A DNA stretch of 64,000 nucleotides, from the NCBI GenBank assembly GCA_964057225.1, contig OZ059899.1, forward strand, positions 15,500,001 to 15,564,000, read 5' to 3'. Numbering within the stretch: the first letter of the stretch is position 1; every line of letters starts with the position of its first letter. The position numbers and the translations under genes are program-made. Shown here piece by piece: positions 1 to 12,273 of the stretch. The notes under the pieces are model-generated. The model was not told the DNA's origin. It did not search any database and saw only the letters and a list, made by a program, of their open reading frames with translations. Source of the DNA: Auanema rhodensis. Its lineage: Eukaryota; Animalia; Nematoda.

Positions 1-337
1 CACCACCTACTACAACACTGGTTAATGCAAGCCATTTGATCCATTTTCCTTAAAATACAGAATCTATGCTAAGAGAAGAGAATATATTTGCTTAGATACT
101 TTTAGGTACTGAAGCTTTCTCTATGATCTTAGCAGTAGTAGCAGTAGCAGTAGAAGTAGTAGAGGATCCTTCACTTAGAAGTTTTGAAGACGTTTTGAAA
201 GAACGTACACTCAGAGGATTTTCCTTTAACAAACATTTCATCAATATTCATTTCATAGAACTTACTTTGAAACTTTTGAGTAATTGAGCTTTATATAGAA
301 CTGTGCCACGAAAAACAGGACGAATAACAGAAAACAT
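1..337 (-). CDS. Phosphatidylserine decarboxylase paralog A, 5' part only (runs off the left edge), with mitochondrial presequence-like N-terminus
   Basis: Exons 337-266 (MFSVIRPVFRGTVLYKAQLLKSFK), 223-100 (ENPLSVRSFKTSSKLLSEGSSTTSTATATTAKIIEKASVPK) and 48-1 (RKWIKWLALTSVVVGG) joined by GT-AG introns. Exon 3 aligns codon for codon, with the same phase-1 intron position, to exon 2 of the complete PSD at 16421 ([16 protein letters not shown]). The catalytic domain is not visible in the window. Confidence 0.8.
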
Positions 338-506
338 CTAAATCCATGTGTTTCCTAATAATAAAAAACTAATAATGGTATTAAAGGTTTATAAACCTTC
401 AAATAAGAAACGAAAGAAAGAAAACGTGACAATTGAAAATCCATAACAATAACAGAAAAACAATAAATTTTAAACAAAAAAATAATAACAAGTAATTCAA
501 ATTTTC

Positions 507-2168
507 CTATAAAAGTTGTTCCAATCTCATCGTCAACTCACTTAAGGTAACCATGACATTTTCTTCTACTCTTTCTGTGAAAGAACCTTTGTTTGGCAAG
601 CTGTTAATCAGATAACTGAAAGCTTCCTGAAATACGGGAAATTAAAATTTGTTAATAGGAAAGAAACTGAATATCATACCTCTGGTGAGGAATATTCCCA
701 AGATTCTTCAGTTTCGAAGACTACATCTACACCTTTCACACCTCCAAAAACCAGCAAAATTCGTCTGAATATATAAGCTTTTACTAGAAATATAGTTGAA
801 CAAGAAACTAACAAATCGGTTAAGGTACTAATATTCAATTCACTAACTGGTTGACCTTTGGGAGATGTTCCTAATATGTAATTATATTTATCTCTATAAT
901 ATTAATATTAATTAGTTTTAATTAATTTTAAAAACTCACTTTTTTATAATATCTTTCAAACTAGTAGCAAAACTAACAGAATATCCCCAATATGATCCTG
1001 TAGTTTCACGAACATGTTTAGCACTTGTAAGACTTCCTTTGAATTTTTTTTTGGCTGAAAATTAAAAGATTTGAGAGGTAAAGTAAAAAGGTTGAGAACT
1101 ATACCATCATGTAAATTAGAAATTTCCACAGTTACTCTTGTACCAGCAGGCAAATCAACCTCATCTACTAGTTGAAGATCCTGTAATAATAATAATAATG
1201 TTTTCTTTTGTGAAATAATCGAACCTTATCAAGACCAATATCACATAAAGGTCCTTGGCCAGCTTTTATAGGCTTATTTAGTACTATACCTTCCCTAAAT
1301 GGAATGGAAAGGTTATCACTTTTGAGATGATGATGAGCATCAAGAGGATTGAGAAGACCTGAATTTCAAAAAAATTCGATTAGAAGGAACAGTTGGAAAA
1401 TAATACCTGCAAATTTCAAAGATCTTTGTTTTGGGAACAACTGTTTTCTAAGATATTGAGGGCATTCCAAGTATTCCAAAATCTTTGCAAGAATAAAACA
1501 AGATTCAAAATTATGGTCTGAAGGTTGAATATCTCCATACCAACTTCCAGAATAGTATGAATCGATTGATCTAAATTAAGATCTTTACAATACACGAATA
1601 ACGATAGTTCTGTCTCACTCTTGAGTCAATTTTGAAGTTTCGTCATAAATAATGATTTCTTCTACACAAAACAGAGTAGCAGCACGAGCAATCTAAGATT
1701 ACATAATTATCCAATTATAACCAAACTCGTTAAACATGAGTAGCTAGAAACAAAAAAAAGAAAATCTATACCTGGCCAGCCATATATGTACGAAGTTCAC
1801 CACTTTGCCCATTATTCAAAAAAGATCCAGGAACGGCAATAGAGATGGAATAAGCAGGACCTAAACAATACTTTTTCTAGTGTTAGGTTAAGAATCGGAA
1901 TAACCTTTGGTTTCCTTTGGTTCATCTTTTTGTTTCACAATAGTTTGTTGTTCTTCATACATTCGTATAAGCTTTTCCTCACGCTTACTGGCAGTTTCTG
2001 CTTTTCCTTGAAAAAAATGTTTTATTAGCTATACATATATCTCTTCTAAGCCCTACTCTTTCTCCAATTAACTGATTCTCCTACATTACTAGGTCCTTTA
2101 TTCCTAAACAAAGTTGCTCTAAGTTTTTCTTTTTGTTTTGACGTTATTTTCTCTGGAACTTCCGTCAT
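507..2168 (-). CDS. SPOUT1: SPOUT1/C9orf114 (CENP-32) family SPOUT methyltransferase, about 11 exons
   Basis: Spliced translation gives family motifs SISIAVPGSFLNNGQSGELRTYMAGQIARAATLFCVEEIIIYDE, ILEYLECPQYLRKQLFPKQRSLKFAGLLNPLDAHHH, FREGIV, GTRVTV and C-terminal INSLPNKGSFTERVEENVMVTLSEL. ATG at 2168, TAG at 509-507. Confidence 0.93.
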
Positions 2169-3014
2169 GATTTGTCCTTAAATTAATAGCATAGGTATTT
2201 AAAATAAATTTAAAAAACAATAGATTTAAAAAAAATTAAAATTATATAAAATAATATAAAAAGCTGTATACATGAATATATTTTTAAATTTTATTCAATC
2301 GCAAGAATTCATTTTTGCGACTAATTGCGTATATTCTTGCGCAACTGTTACGTCTTTTAAATTATGTGAATATACTATATGAACATTGAATTTTATATAA
2401 TTTAATTTTCAAAGCTCAAATAGTTTATCATACTATTGTTCTTAGTTTCTATATGAATTTCAAATAATTCAAATTAAAAAAGTTTTGAAATTCATTTAAA
2501 ACATACGAGTTATGTAACTTACAGTAATTTCAATGAGGGATATTCCCCATTGTATTGTATTGAATATAATTTTTCATATAATTTTATTTATAATTTCAAA
2601 ATAGTGGATGTATTCATTATAAGTAAGTAAAGGAGATTTCTTAAATATGAATAAAATCTAAAGTTTATAATAAGTAATATAATGCATTTGTTGGCTGGAT
2701 GGGACTTAAAACGAAATTGAATATGAGTCTAAGATTACTGTAAGAAATATTACTTGTATGTTTTAACTGATATTTACATCTTTTTTTGATTTTATTATTT
2801 TAAAATTCATATAGGACTGACGATAGTAATTGATAAGAAACCTGTAAAAGCCGGAGTATCAAAAGTCGAAATGAGTCGCAAATTAAAAAAAATCTAAAGC
2901 ACTTGCTAGATAAGATTTTAATAATTTATATAGGAGCAGAAGCATTGATTGGATGCGTCAACATTAGTTTCAGGTGAGTATGAATTGTGGATTGAAAGGA
3001 AATAGATTAAGACA

Positions 3015-3051
<37 letters not shown>

Positions 3052-4851
3052 GGAATGGTTGAAATTACTCATAATGTTATTGTGTGCTTAATAGAATCAT
3101 AAAGATTCAATCATGAAAATATAGTTATGTTCTGATGAAATAGATAGTACGTGTTCGATTTTCAATGATGTGAGGATCAAGCTGGCTGCTAAGCTTTTCA
3201 AGCCAATCAATATTTATGTTTTTCAACAGATTTTAATAAGTTATATGTTATGAAGCATGTATTTCTTGTTTGTATTCATTGTGTAATATTGAAAGCTCTT
3301 CATATTGGATAGGTTATAATACAAGCTTTGGTAATAAAAGTAGTTTAATCCATTCGTTTGAACCTCACTACGTTCTGCACGACGAGAGTAAGTTACCATA
3401 GTAACCATTAAGCATACTGCGAGCATAAATAAAATTTCTTTTTCTATATAAAATCTCTATAAAAATTTATTATTTCTTTGTTTTTATATTAAACTATTCA
3501 TCTTATATTAATAGTATTGAGTTTAAATATGATTTTTCTGAATTCAAATAATCAAAACCTTAAAATGAAACATACAAAAGGGTTTTAGCCATTGTTTGAA
3601 AACTTACTTCTTCAAATTCTCATTGATTTTGTCCATATTCTAAGCTTTTGTCTCTTTCAAATGTTTTTGGCATCAATGTTCATGCTTCTTCCGAATCATC
3701 TTGAGAGTAAGTTGGAAGAAAGAGCCACACATTCCCATTAAAGCTCAAATGAATACCACAACACGTTCGAATAGAGTACAAGTCTTAACTGTATCTGATT
3801 GTTTGTGCATTTGTTGCTAAGTTAAATCTTTCTTTATTAAAAGTTTATTTGAAAATTACCTTTTTAACAGAAAAATGTTGAGAAAAGCGGAAAATGAAAA
3901 TATTTCAAAGTTTCAGACAAAAGATTATGAAGCCATGACATTTGCTCGGATTGTTTATCCGGTTTATATGGTAATGGAGATCATATTTTCTGAAACATCA
4001 ATCATTAGAGATTAATACTTTCCTATTCTTTTTGTTTGAAAAAAATGAAAATAAAAAAAGAAAAGTTATCATTCTTGCTCTCTCTCATTACCTTTCTCTT
4101 ATATGTATCCTCTTCTCTCTCTCTCTCTCCCTCTCTCTCTCTCTCTTTCTCCATCTCTCTCTTCCACTCTCTTCCTCTCACACACACCTTATCCCATTCT
4201 CCTAATCCACACAACGATTTCTTCTTTCAATCTCTCTTTTTACCATTCTTATTACTTTTATTCTTTTTTTCTCTCCATCTCTACTATGTCATAATTTCTA
4301 ATTCATTTCACAATTCTCTCATTATTATTGCATTATATCCTCCACCCCTTTTTTGTCTTTTTTTCCATCAGTAACACTTCCATCTTCATATTTTCTAAAC
4401 CATTTAACACTTCCAAGTATCGACACCGATTGAGCTTTTCACATATTGTTGGCTCATCTGCACATTTTGACGAAACTAACGCCAAACCTTCGAACGGAAT
4501 CGACTCGTTTCACTTTCCTCATCCTTTCCCTTCCATTCTTTCTCTCTCCCCCACCTCCTATCTCTCTTTCTCTCTCTTTATCTTATACATATATGTTCTC
4601 GCGGCCTCTCCTCAACATGAATATGAGATGATTCGGATGCTTTCACGCTACTGCATGTCCACATTGTCATCAACCTTCATCTAGACACTGCTTTCCTTTT
4701 AATAACTTTGCTCTCTGTTCCTTGCATCAAGAATTAGTTTTCATTGTCCTCAATCAACTTCCTTTATCGAATGACTTCATACATATTACCCATATATAGC
4801 GCACTTGCCAAATCATCACGCATTTTTTCTGTTTTTAAAATAATTCGTCCC

Positions 4852-6210
4852 ATGAGTGAAGAAGAGCGTAAATGGCGCGAAGAACGGGAAAAAGTACTCG
4901 ATGAATGGAGTGAGGTTAGTTTCAGATTCTAGCTTCTAACTCAGATTATGAGTGACATCATACTTGTCTGACACCCATCTATTTCTGCTTTATTTCATTC
5001 TCAAACAGCTTCTACTTGAAGATTGAACTGAAATTCCGATCCGGAACTCCAATACGCATAGAAATTACTCGAGACAGTGTTGATGATGGTAATGACATCA
5101 TCTGCGATCAACCTAATCATTGGTCCGACGATTGCATGGAAGATTCATTGATGAACAGAATATTAAATGATAATTATGATATTGAAAAGGTTATTTCCTC
5201 CTTATATAACCAGAAATATATTATAATCGTTTGATTATAGGCTACAATCAGTAATGTTCAAACAAACGATGAATTCTCTGTGAATAATCTGGTGTTTCGC
5301 TGCATATGTAAGCCATCAAGCACTTCAGTGGTCCAGAGCGAACGCCTACGTGAAGAGAAGACTTTACTTCTAGCTATGAGCAAGAGTGAGTGTAAATTAT
5401 GTTCCAGTTACACATCTTACATATAGGAGCTTATTCGCCTAAAAACCCAGACCATTGGCAACTCTTGTTGGAGTTCTATCGTTCATCTGCCAGTTTAGCA
5501 CTTGACGATCCTATGCTAGCCAATGAATGTCCTCCTCAAGGTAGTCATTGGCAAATTGTTGGATTTCAAGGTGAGAGTTCTGCATGTGTGAGCTCGTGTT
5601 TCAACGGCAAACACAACGAGATAGATAGATATGTATAGAATATGTAACGAAAATAAATATTTTCAGGTACAAATCCATCGACGGATCTACGTGGAGTAGG
5701 TCTTCTCGGCTTAGTTCAATTATACTGCTTAACGAATCTTCTCCAAGAAGAACATTTGAAAGAAATGATTATTCTATCACGCAATGAGCCAAATGTAGTT
5801 TTCTAAATCTCTCCTTACATCATGAATGTCAATCTTACTTATAGGATTTTCCATTTGCGGTCGTAGGAATCAATTTTACGGCATTATTATTAACAAAATT
5901 GAAGCGTGATGAGCTTAACAGGTTTCGCATTGCAGCATATTCTTCAAAACTTTTCCTAATTTCAGCTTGGCTAATAATTTCGGTAGTTTATTAAAGGCTA
6001 TGAATGTCTTATATAAGGGATGTTTCATACAATTCTGTAAATTATGGCAAAAAAATAATTGTACGGTTAAGGACTTCCAGCATATCTTAAACGGTAATAA
6101 TAAAATGCTTCAAGTTTCATTTAAGTATGCAAATTCATTCACACTTTTCAGCGATTTCCGCAATTTTACGAAAGGATCCTAATCATCTTGTTAAAGCTAC
6201 ACTGGCATAA
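4852..6210 (+). CDS. ELMO domain-containing protein (ELMOD family, ARF/ARL GAP)
   Basis: Spliced protein MSEEERKWREE...GSHWQIVGFQGTNPSTDLRGVGLLGL...DFPFAVVGINFT...FCKLW...KDFQHIL. WxxxGFQGxxPxTDxRG is the ELMOD signature. TAA at 6208-6210. Extra 5' exons are possible. Confidence 0.9.
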
Positions 6211-6586
6211 GACGTATGTTCAAGAAGATATTGGAAAAGCTCATAAATTCTCCCAAAATACGTGGTGAACCATAACAGGAATATTATGAAAAGAATTGTA
6301 AAAAGTAAAAATAAAAGAAATTCTGAGTCAGAAACTGATTCGAAATCATATATTTATGAATATCAACATAGAAAATGTGAATCAGTGACAATTTGAAATA
6401 GAAAAATTGAAACAAAAAAGAAAATTTATCGAATGTTACTGAAATGATACAGTTTGGTTATGTATACATATGAAGCGGTGTTTCTGATATAGATATATAT
6501 ATTAGTAACACATAGAAATTAGGAAAAAATTAAATTAGCGTATGTACTTAAGGCCGTCGAAGGAATGTGAAATCATTAGAAAAGGC

Positions 6587-7314
6587 TTATTGCTCATCCT
6601 TATCTTTAGTTCCATGCTTGAGCATACGAGTAAACTCGATGTAATCAAACATGCCTCCTTTGATGGGTGCGTCGCGGAAAAGCTCGTCGACCTACAACAG
6701 GAATTTCAAAATAAAGTAAAACACAAAAGAAGTGTTGATGATATAATAAAAGAAATAAGAAATGAAGTACACACCTGCTCATGAGAGTATCGATCTCCCA
6801 TACTTGTCAACAGTTCCCTTAATCGCTCTTCGTTTAACTTACCACAATTAGTTTCATCGAAACATTGGAACGCATTTCTTATAACTTCCTCAGGATCAGT
6901 ACCTAACATTGATTCAAACATTATATGGAACGAAGAAATCTTAAGCTTACCGGTTAGTTTTTCACCAAACAAAGTCAAAAACATGGTGAAGTTGATAGCT
7001 CCAGGAGCTTCATTAACCATAGCATCAAGGAATTGATCATTGACTTCCTTTCCTAAAACAACGTTTATTACAGAAAAAGTATTTTGTCGAACCTAGAGAA
7101 GCAAACATCTCTTGAAGATCTGCCTGATCAATGAATCCATCTCTATTCTGATCAATCATATTGAAAGCTTCTTTGAATTCCTAATTAAAAAAAGTAAATG
7201 ATAATACGATATATCGATAAAAACCTGAATCTGAGCCTGATCGAACATAGCGAACACATTCGAGGTGGCCCTTTGAGGGCGCTGTCTTCGGTTCACGGTC
7301 TTACGAGAAGCCAT
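6587..7314 (-). CDS. mlc-4: Non-muscle myosin II regulatory light chain
   Basis: Five exons give [48 protein letters not shown]...[27 protein letters not shown]...[20 protein letters not shown]. Contains the RATSNVF phosphorylation site and EF hands. Confidence 0.97.
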
Positions 7315-8681
7315 CTACAAAAATTAAAAATTGAATCTTGCAACATTCTTGTAGGATATAAGGAATGAGGACGAGATATAACATCAAGATGTGCGAATAT
7401 TAAGCAAGGTCATCATAAGACAGATCGTATTAAGGATAAATCAGGAGTAATATTGTAAATATGATATACTTATCGTTTTTCATATTTCATATTTTTAAAT
7501 TTTATAGAACATACGAAGAAGAAAGAAACGAAATATGTCAATCGAGAATAAATTGATTATTTTTCTGTAATGACAAATCAAACTATTGGAGTGAAGTGTG
7601 AATGAAAGCTGTTTAAATTACAATCAAAATATGAATTGAAAACAAAATAAAAATAAAATACACACTGTAAACAACAATTATAATATGAGAAAGCAGAAAA
7701 GGTCACAGGCTATCAACTATAATTTTACTTTTTCTTCAAAATTAGCTGATAGTAATACATAAAAATTCCAGAAAACAAATACTAAAAATCTAGTTTCGTT
7801 AGAAACTTCATAAATATATTATTTTTCCTTAGAAATATCAATAAAAAATATAGAAATCTATTTTCTGATGACTTGGTTTGAGTTTGTTATGCGTGAACAG
7901 CCTGTAAGGTACGGACGGACTATCTGAAAACTGTGCGCGCCAAATCGGATTCAATCGATACCACCACCTCCTCCATTCGTTCGATCAACTAGCGAGAGAT
8001 AGGAGGTACAGGCTAAACAAAGACATCGCAGAGAAAAAGAGAAGAAGAATGATCCGAAGTAACGTTGTGGGCGCCAAGACTTGAATACGCAAAGAAAATA
8101 AAGGCCCCAAAGCGGGCTGAGTCATCCTCAAGAACGCACGAACGACAACATCACATATGATCTGTCCAAAAGCAAGAGGAGTGCAAAGAAATTACAGATA
8201 TTTACAATGATCCACGAAAATCGGTCGAGTATCTTCAAAAATAAGAAATTTCCAAGAATACTCAGAAAATAATAATATTTATCTGGAGAAAATTGGTACT
8301 AATAGTACTTGCATGCGAATACAACCGATCCCTTACGTATAAAAATTAAAATGAGTTTTAAAATGCTGATCTCTGCGTTTTCATGGTTCATGACAAAGAT
8401 AAAGTTAATGTAAAAAATTTTAAAATCGTAATTGAAAGAACAATCACATGTAGTTTGAGTTGAAGAAATTAAGATGTGATAAGCTATCTTTGAATGAACT
8501 TTGAAGTCTCTTTGCTGCAAAACATGTTCAACGAGAGAGTCAGTTCAGTACGTGCTGGTGAATTATTTCAATCGATCTAACTGCTATTAGTTTTCTGTTT
8601 TTCTTTCAGTGAAATCCTTTTGCTTTCCTAATGTTTCTTAAATTTTTGAATAAATTAGCGATTAACAAAATCACATTTAAG

Positions 8682-10252
8682 ATGTCTTTGTGTCAGCGGT
8701 TACTACTTCAGAGGACATTCGCAGCGTTGCCGGTATGTCCGTTCCACCACTTGTAAAAATACAAATTATTTATATTTTTTAAAGGTTACTTCCATGGCCG
8801 GAATCACAACTTCATCAGAAGAAGTTCTGATTAGAAAAGCTGGGTCAAATCGTATTATTACATTGAATAGACCAAAGGCTTTGAATGCCTTAAATTTGAA
8901 CATGGTCAGAGACATTTATCCTCAAATTAAGGTATGCTTATTCGAAATCCAGATTAATTATGAAAATTTAATTAGAAATGGGAAAATTCAACTGAAATAA
9001 AAATGATTATTATCAAAGGCTCGGGTGATAAAGCCTTCTGTGCCGGTGGTGATGTTTTAGGTATTCCAAGTTTTTCTGATTTTTAATAATCTTTAGTGTT
9101 TAGCTGTAATCAAATCTGCCAAGGAGGCTCAAAAAAATCCTAAATCCGATATCACTCTTCATAAAGATTTCTTCAGGCATGAATGGCTAAAATCAGTTTG
9201 AAACAAAATTTTTATTACAGAGAAGAATACCAATTGAATCACTTGATAGGATCACTTACTAAACCTTATGTAGCTTTCATTGATGGAATAGTAATGGGCG
9301 GTGTTCGTAATTTATAAGAATTTTCAAATTATATAAGGTTATAATAGGGATGTGGACTCTCAGTTAATGGCCAATTCCGTGTTTCTACTGAAAAAACCAT
9401 GTTAGCTATGCCTGAAACAGCTTTAGGCTTATTCCCTGATGTTGGAGGATCATATTTCCTTAGTAGATTAAAGGTTTGGAATCTCTCATTTCTGTATAAA
9501 CGAATTAATACTATAGGATAATCTTGGCATGTTCTTGGCTCTTACTGGTTATCGTCTGAAAGGAGCTGATGCTTTCCATGCTGGTCTTGCAAGCCATTAC
9601 GTACCATCCACTGAGCTTCCTAAGCTGGAAGATGAACTCTTAAAACTTGAAAAAGTAAATGAACAAACTGTTGATTCTGTTATTAGATCGTTTGAACCTT
9701 GCGATCTTCCTTCGTTTTCACTTGAAGAACATATTGCTAAGATTCGTAGCATCTTCCGTGGAAAGTAAGAATGCCTTTCCACGTTTTTAATTTTTGTTGT
9801 AATTGTTTTAGAACTATTGAACACATTATTGATAATTTGGAGAAGGATGGATCTGGTTGGGCTAAAGACCAGCTTAAAACTTTATCGAAGATGAGTCCTA
9901 CTTCTCTTAAGGTTACGTTCAAACAAATTGAAAATGGAGCCAAAATGAGCTATGCTAAGGTTTGTTAGAACTCTGTTAGATGTACCACATTCAATCACGT
10001 TCAGGTTTTCACCATGGAATACAGACTTACTCAACGTTTCCTAGCTGATCATGACTTCCACGAGGGTTGCCGTGCAAGTATGTTTCTCTCTCCTCTACTC
10101 CATAAGACTGATTCCACGTTTTAGTTTTAATTGACAAGGATAGAAACCCAAAATGGAAACCAGCCCAGTTGCATGAAGTTACTGATGGTATACTTGATAC
10201 CTATTTCTCTCCTCTTCCTCATGGACAGGACCTTATCTTCTATGAAGAATAG
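8682..10252 (+). CDS. hach-1: 3-hydroxyisobutyryl-CoA hydrolase, mitochondrial (HIBCH)
   Basis: Ten exons. Motifs [92 protein letters not shown]. Presequence-like N-terminus [20 protein letters not shown] at 10250-10252. Confidence 0.96.
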
Positions 10253-10651
10253 ATATAAATATATAGATAATTTGTTTTTTTTTAGATATTAATGTCTGTT
10301 TCGGGTTTAAATTAAGCCATATTTATATAAGACTTTATACGAGACTTATAAATTTCTTCAAAGTAGAATATGTCAGAATGAAATTATAGAACCTTAATAT
10401 TCAAAAAGACACAAGTATATACCAGTACAAAGGTTGAAAGATCATATTGGCTAGTAAAGCCGAATAAAGCAAGAGTACATATAATTCATAAGTATTGAAC
10501 ATGACCATATGAAACACAAATAGGGTAAAGAGGGAATATACAATTATATGGATAAGAGGAAGAGTTGCACTCATCATATGAAATTATTAAAACTGTTAAG
10601 TATTAAAATTATTACAATGATAATAATGATAATAGTATTGGCGAAGAATTA

Positions 10652-12273
10652 TCAAAGATTTGAAGCTTTCCATTGGTCGCGAATAGATGCCAAAATGGAA
10701 ATTCGACGATTGAGAACGTCTACAGAGGAATCTTGACTCGATTCATATACCTTGTGCAAGATTTCTTTTAGCTGAGTAGTTGCTTCACCTCCGGGGGGAT
10801 AGGAAAAACCTCCGGTAGTTGTAGGTCGAACTGCTTTTGGGGTAATGAGGCCAGCTGGTGGCTTCACCTATGTTTTATAATTAATTAAAATTATAATTAT
10901 ATGAATACATACCTCGTTTACGACATCAATTTCTTCGCTAGTTTCATCAAGCTTGGGCTGAATGGAAGGAATCATTAGATTTGCTTGATTCATGGTGAAT
11001 GGTGACATGTTCTAAAGAATAAAAACTCAGAATTTAAATAAATTACTATATCTTACTAAGAGAGATGTAACACCCAATTGGGAATTAATATCAAAGACAT
11101 TGTTAAAACCAAGTTTGGTAACATCTTCCTGTCCTTGTTGTGCCAGTCGTTCCAGGCTTTCTTTCTGTTTTTGAAGATTATGTTGAGCTAGCAATACATT
11201 GATCAGCTATAACGTGTATAAGAATATATAAAATAATTTGCCAAAAGGGAAATTACCTGTTGTTGATAAAGAAGAGCAGCTGTAATGTTAGGCATGCCAG
11301 TAGCAGGTGCAGGGGTTATAACACCCGAACTTCCATTGCTCTTACAGCTGATGGTAGTGCTAGATACGGTACTACTTGGGCTATGAGGCGCTGTTGGGGA
11401 TATGGAAGGTGGAGATGAACTGGATTGTGATAATGGAGAGGCTGGAACTTGATGTTCCGACTTTATATTGCTGAACCGCCGTATCTTTGTGGATGCAGGA
11501 GCTGAAAAAGTTGTTTAAAAACTTGAAATTATGCTGTTTAGAAACTCACATCTTCCACTTTTTTGACTGAGAGCAAAATGATGGGGATCAGTAGGATGAT
11601 TATGCTCCACATTTAAAGTTGTAATACGTAGAGCTTTTTCATTAAATTTATAATTGAGACGTAAAACAGCCTGACAACCACATGCCAAATAGTTTTTGCA
11701 AGGTCTTTTGCCAGTTCCTAGAAAGATATTTGATTTCGAATGAAAAAAGCTACAATGTTCTTACCTCTAACTCTAGGATTTCCATAGTGAGCACAGTGAT
11801 ATACAACATAACGATATTTATGTACAGAATTGATTGATCCGTTAGGTTCTTTTAAAGTTTCTGACGAAGCCACACGGAATGGGTGACAACCAGCTTCCTT
11901 CCATTTGAGGAAGACTTCCTCAAACTCAGCAAAACTGAAGAAAACAAAATCATATGAAAGGCAAGTGAATTCAAAGAAATACCTGTTGAATTTACCATCA
12001 AATTCGATCTCAGGACGACCAGGCCGATCATATGAATTCTCATCGTTAAGAATTGAATTATTCTTAGAAGATTGTGAAGTATCAAGTTTTGATGAATGGT
12101 CTGATGAACTGCTATCACTATCTTGAGCTGGATCAAACCTAACTCTTTTGGATTCTGGCTCCAGAATCTTAAAATCCTACATTAAACAGATATATGGATA
12201 ATGTTAGAAAACTCACGTTAGCATTGACATTGAAAGGTAAGTTATATCCCATCTTAAGACATGTCTCAATCAT
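10652..12273 (-). CDS. Protein with a ZSWIM3-N/FAR1-like (WRKY-GCM1 superfamily, MULE-derived) zinc DNA-binding domain and S/P/Q-rich C-terminal half; putative transcription factor
   Basis: Spliced domain FNSFAEFEEVFLKWKEAGCHPF...KYRYVVYHCAHYGNPRVRGTGKRPCKNYLACGCQAVLRL...LRITTLNVEHNHP, with C...GC...HNH ligands. NLS-like PESKRVRF. Last exon matches ORF 10652-10867. Start codon uncertain. Confidence 0.8.

Noticed and set aside
2533-3970. Several exon-like pieces between SPOUT1 and ELMOD (e.g. MRDIPH..., MLRKAENENISKF...)
   Set aside because: Could not be joined into a consistent model with recognisable protein. They may be alternative ELMOD 5' exons but need RNA evidence.
7866-7930. TGATGA...CTGA with TTTTC/GAAAA ends, resembling a C/D snoRNA or hammerhead core
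   Set aside because: No recognisable rRNA guide and no hammerhead stem II. On the minus strand it reads TTTTCAG + ~50 nt + GT, which fits a 5' UTR exon of mlc-4 equally well.
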